Source: Amoebophrya sp. A120
Taxonomy: Eukaryota > Protista > Dinoflagellata
Length of the DNA: 64,000 nt
Assembly (NCBI GenBank): GCA_905178155.1
Contig: CAJINV010000001.1
Coordinates: forward strand, 6,827,794 to 6,891,793
Direction: 5' to 3'
Part shown: one piece after another, positions 60,533 to 64,000 of the stretch
Layout: every line of letters starts with the position of its first letter
Position numbering within the stretch: position 1 is the first letter of the stretch
The notes under the pieces: model-generated
The model's input: only the letters and a program-made list of their open reading frames with translations
Told to the model about the DNA's origin: nothing
Database searches by the model: none
Made by a program: the position numbers and the translations under genes

Positions 60533-62256
60533 TCAAAGAAACTGGATCTGGCACAAGAGTTGCACCCGCCGAAATAAACTTACTTGAACATGCGTCTGCT
60601 TGTTGGCCACTCGAACTGCAAAACAGTTTTCCAAGGGAAGGATTGATGTGAGCGTTCGGATTAAACTTCCAGCTGAGTTGATTCGTTTCTGGAACTTTTC
60701 CAGAAGAGATCGTAAGTTTCTTGCGCCAAAGAGCGGCTTGTTGTCGCTGCTGCAAAAAACTTCTTGGAAGCCATCAAAGTGTAAGATGTCCTTTTCTCCG
60801 TCTCGTGCCACGCTTTCTTTCTCCTTTGCAGGATCAGTTCCAAATTCCGTGTCGAGAACCAGTGGCCTTTCGAGATTTTGCACAGCACTCACCACAGACA
60901 GCATGTCACGCACAATCGAGGGCTGCGTCATTTTCTCTTTCCAAGATGGAGACGATTTTGAATGAAAGGGGAGCGGTCGTCTGTTTCCATGTCTATGCCG
61001 TTGAGCTCAAGCTCCCGCTTCCAACCTTTGCTGCGCCACATTTCGTCAAGCCACTGCTGCCAACCTGCCGTGAGCCCGACTGCAAACATATGACTATCTT
61101 CGTTACGAAAAAGAAGAGCCTCTTGTTTTCCCCGCCAATGCTCGCCGAGCTGCCACAAGGCCTGATGTAGCTCGGCGCTTGAGTTCCATGGCAACACGTC
61201 CTGGCGTGGTCCTTCGCCTCCAGAGGCCATCACGTTTTCTTGGGGTCGGCGCGGCAAAGAAAAGGTGGAGGATGCTGGTGGCCCCGGGGGTTCGACAGAA
61301 CTTTTCAAAGCGAGATAGGCCGCTATTCCCTCAAACAGGAGCTGCGTCCCGTAGATCCGTTGCCGAAACCCAAAGTCTCTAACGCGCCTCCTTCCCGTGG
61401 TGGAGAGGACGGACGGAGGGTGTAAGTGCTGTTTCCACCTCTCCGCGGAGTCCCAAGAATCTGGTCGATCAGGATCTCCTGGAGACAGCGCCGCTTGCAC
61501 AAACTGATCCACACGATTGGCCGCCAATGCGGCCCCGAAAACTTCAATTTTGGTCACGGCGGGCAGCTTCTGGTCCCCCGCATCCATGGCAGTGTCCCGT
61601 TCGCGTGGGGTGAGTGTTTCGTCCGCGTGCCTGAGAACGTCATACTTCCTCACGCTGGTTTCTAGCTGGTTCTTCAGATACCGTGCAAGCGCTTCGGTGC
61701 CACCATTCCAGGCGTGCTCTAAAGCAGGCACCCACTCATCCTGAAGGAAGGTGTACTCTGGCCCATGGATCCGCACCAATTGCAACGAGTAAGGGCGGCG
61801 GTGGTCCCCCGTGCCGGCAACTGCCTCGCCGAGTGTGTGGAAGTGGGCCACGGGCTTTGTAGCGCCGCGCGGCAGAAACTTCACGTTTCCCGGCGGAATC
61901 CGAAGGTGGCGGGCTAGGTCTGCCACGTGCCAGCTAGGCCAGTTCTCGTGTTCCTCCACGGCAAAAGGCTCACTGGCTGACAACGTACTGACCATCAGCT
62001 CTCCCCATTGCACCGGCTCTTGCGCCCGAGCAGCAGCAATTTCTGTCGCTTCTTCTTCATTCAAACGCCCGTTCTGGAGAAAGAATCTAAATTTACTGTC
62101 AGTCCTGCGCTCCTCCATTTGCTTTGAACCCGCAGCGGCTGCAGCTCTCACCGGCTGGGCACCAAAGCAGCAAAGGGACGTGAGGCCAACCGTGGTAAAA
62201 AGAGCCGCCGAATAGCAGCACAGCCCTGCATTCTTGCTTCCCATCATGTCTTCCAA
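60533..62256 (-). CDS. Unknown protein with hydrophobic N-terminus, copy 1; two ORFs (60928-62256, 60533-60931) overlapping at ATGA or frameshifted
   Basis: ORF track; signal/TM-like N-terminus; duplicated downstream. Confidence 0.55.
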
Positions 62257-64000
62257 ATAATGCTAAATAGCTGCTGCTGCTATTTCGTATACTATAAACC
62301 AAAAATGTAAAGTTCTTGCGCAATACAACGCAAAAATGCAACAATTTTCCACAAAAAGCGTTCGCGATTTGTGACTAGTCACGTAGAGACGAGCAGTGTG
62401 CGTTCGGAAGAGATCGCTGCGAGACGTTGGATAAAGGAACTGTTGAAACTCTCACGATTTTTTTTTGTTCCGCTTACTTAGTGCTCTGCTGCTCACAGCT
62501 TCATCAACCTCACTGCGAGTAAATCGGCTCAATTCGATCTTCTGCGGTCCATCGCAGAGGCGCACTGTGCTTTTCTGTTCCGTGATTGTTTCGTTTCTTC
62601 GCACGCGATCACTTGAGCGAAAATGCCTACGGTCCCTTTCGCAAAAATAAGTAGAGCGTTTTGCAAAAATAGAGAAGACAGTGCATATGAACATGTGTCT
62701 CGTCATTGGTGACATCAAGTGCGAACCAGTTCCCAAACGAAGGACTAATGTGAGCGTTCGGATTAAACTTCCAGCTGAGTTGATTCGTTTCTGGAACTTT
62801 TCCAGAAGAGATCGTAAGGTTGTTGCGCCAAAGAGCGGCTTGTTCTCGTTGCTGCAAAAAACTTCTCGGAAACCATCAAAGTGTAAGATGTCCTTTTCTC
62901 CGTCTCGTGCCACGCTTTCTTTCTCCTTTGCAGGATCAGTTCCAAATTCCGTGTCGAGAACCAGTGGCCTTTCGAGATTTTGCACAGCACTCACCACAGA
63001 CAGCATGTCACGCACAATCGAGGGCTGCGTCATTTTCTCTTTCCAAGATGGAGACGATTTTGAATGAAAGGGGAGCGGTCGTCTGTTTCCATGTCTATGC
63101 CGTTGAGCTCAAGCTCCCGCTTCCAACCTTTGCTGCGCCACATTTCGTCAAGCCACTGCTGCCAACCTGCCGTGAGCCCGACTGCAAACATATGACTATC
63201 TTCGTTACGAAAAAGAAGAGCCTCTTGTTTTCCCCGCCAATGCTCGCCGAGCTGCCACAAGGCCTGATGTAGCTCGGCGCTTGAGTTCCATGGCAACACG
63301 TCCTGGCGTGGTCCTTCGCCTCCAGAGGCCATCACGTTTTCTTGGGGTCGGCGCGGCAAAGAAAAGGTGGAGGATGCTGGTGGCCCCGGGGGTTCGACAG
63401 AACTTTTCAAAGCGAGATAGGCCGCTATTCCCTCAAACAGGAGCTGCGTCCCGTAGATCCGTTGCCGAAACCCAAAGTCTCTAACGCGCCTCCTTCCCGT
63501 GGTGGAGAGGACGGACGGAGGGTGTAAGTGCTGTTTCCACCTCTCCGCGGAGTCCCAAGAATCTGGTCGATCAGGATCTCCTGGAGACAGCGCCGCTTGC
63601 ACAAACTGATCCACACGATTGGCCGCCAATGCGGCCCCGAAAACTTCAATTTTGGTCACGGCGGGCAGCTTCTGGTCCCCCGCATCCATGGCAGTGTCCC
63701 GTTCGCGTGGGGTGAGTGTTTCGTCCGCGTGCCTGAGAACGTCATACTTCCTCACGCTGGTTTCTAGCTGGTTCTTCAGATACCGTGCAAGCGCTTCGGT
63801 GCCACCATTCCAGGCGTGCTCTAAAGCAGGCACCCACTCATCCTGAAGGAAGGTGTACTCTGGCCCATGGATCCGCACCAATTGCAACGAGTAAGGGCGG
63901 CGGTGGTCCCCCGTGCCGGCAACTGCCTCGCCGAGTGTGTGGAAGTGGGCCACGGGCTTTGTAGCGCCGCGCGGCAGAAACTTCACGTTTCCCGGCGGAA
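60646..64000. repeat. Recent tandem duplication, offset 2102 bp
   Basis: About 60646-61898 matches 62748-64000. The differences I saw are confined to the first ~130 bp. Confidence 0.95.
62452..64000 (-). CDS. Copy 2 of the same gene (5' part beyond window end)
   Basis: Identical translation over 63030-63986; same ATGA junction; different C-terminal tail. Confidence 0.55.

Noticed and set aside
1-64000. tRNA, rRNA or dinoflagellate spliced-leader relics
   Set aside because: None recognised by eye; tRNAscan-SE, Rfam and an SL motif search would be needed to exclude them.

Overview
Eukaryotic, gene-dense DNA with short introns. All recognisable host genes from about 5 to 64 kb lie on the minus strand. 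This one-way block, plus TIR-bounded non-canonical introns, suggests a Syndiniales dinoflagellate such as Amoebophrya (inference). The first 5 kb is a plus-strand DIRS/Ngaro-type retroelement (gag-like ORF1, then RT-RNase H, no tyrosine recombinase in the window). It is preceded by a 1.2 kb or longer hairpin-dense leader holding 8 copies of a stem-loop with a conserved core and covarying stems; this is the top finding. Four MITE-like introns share a 5-bp TSD, TAT...ATA ends and long TIRs, and sit in two close pairs in a PP2C gene and an unknown membrane-protein gene. Other genes: PKG-like kinase, coiled-coil protein with GVQT repeats, a GT-A glycosyltransferase split by large insertions, PEX13-like, an alpha/beta hydrolase, two tandem paralogous giant PDZ-like repeat proteins, a HicA-domain fusion protein, and a recent 2.1-kb tandem duplication. 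All calls are by eye; no database search or folding was run.
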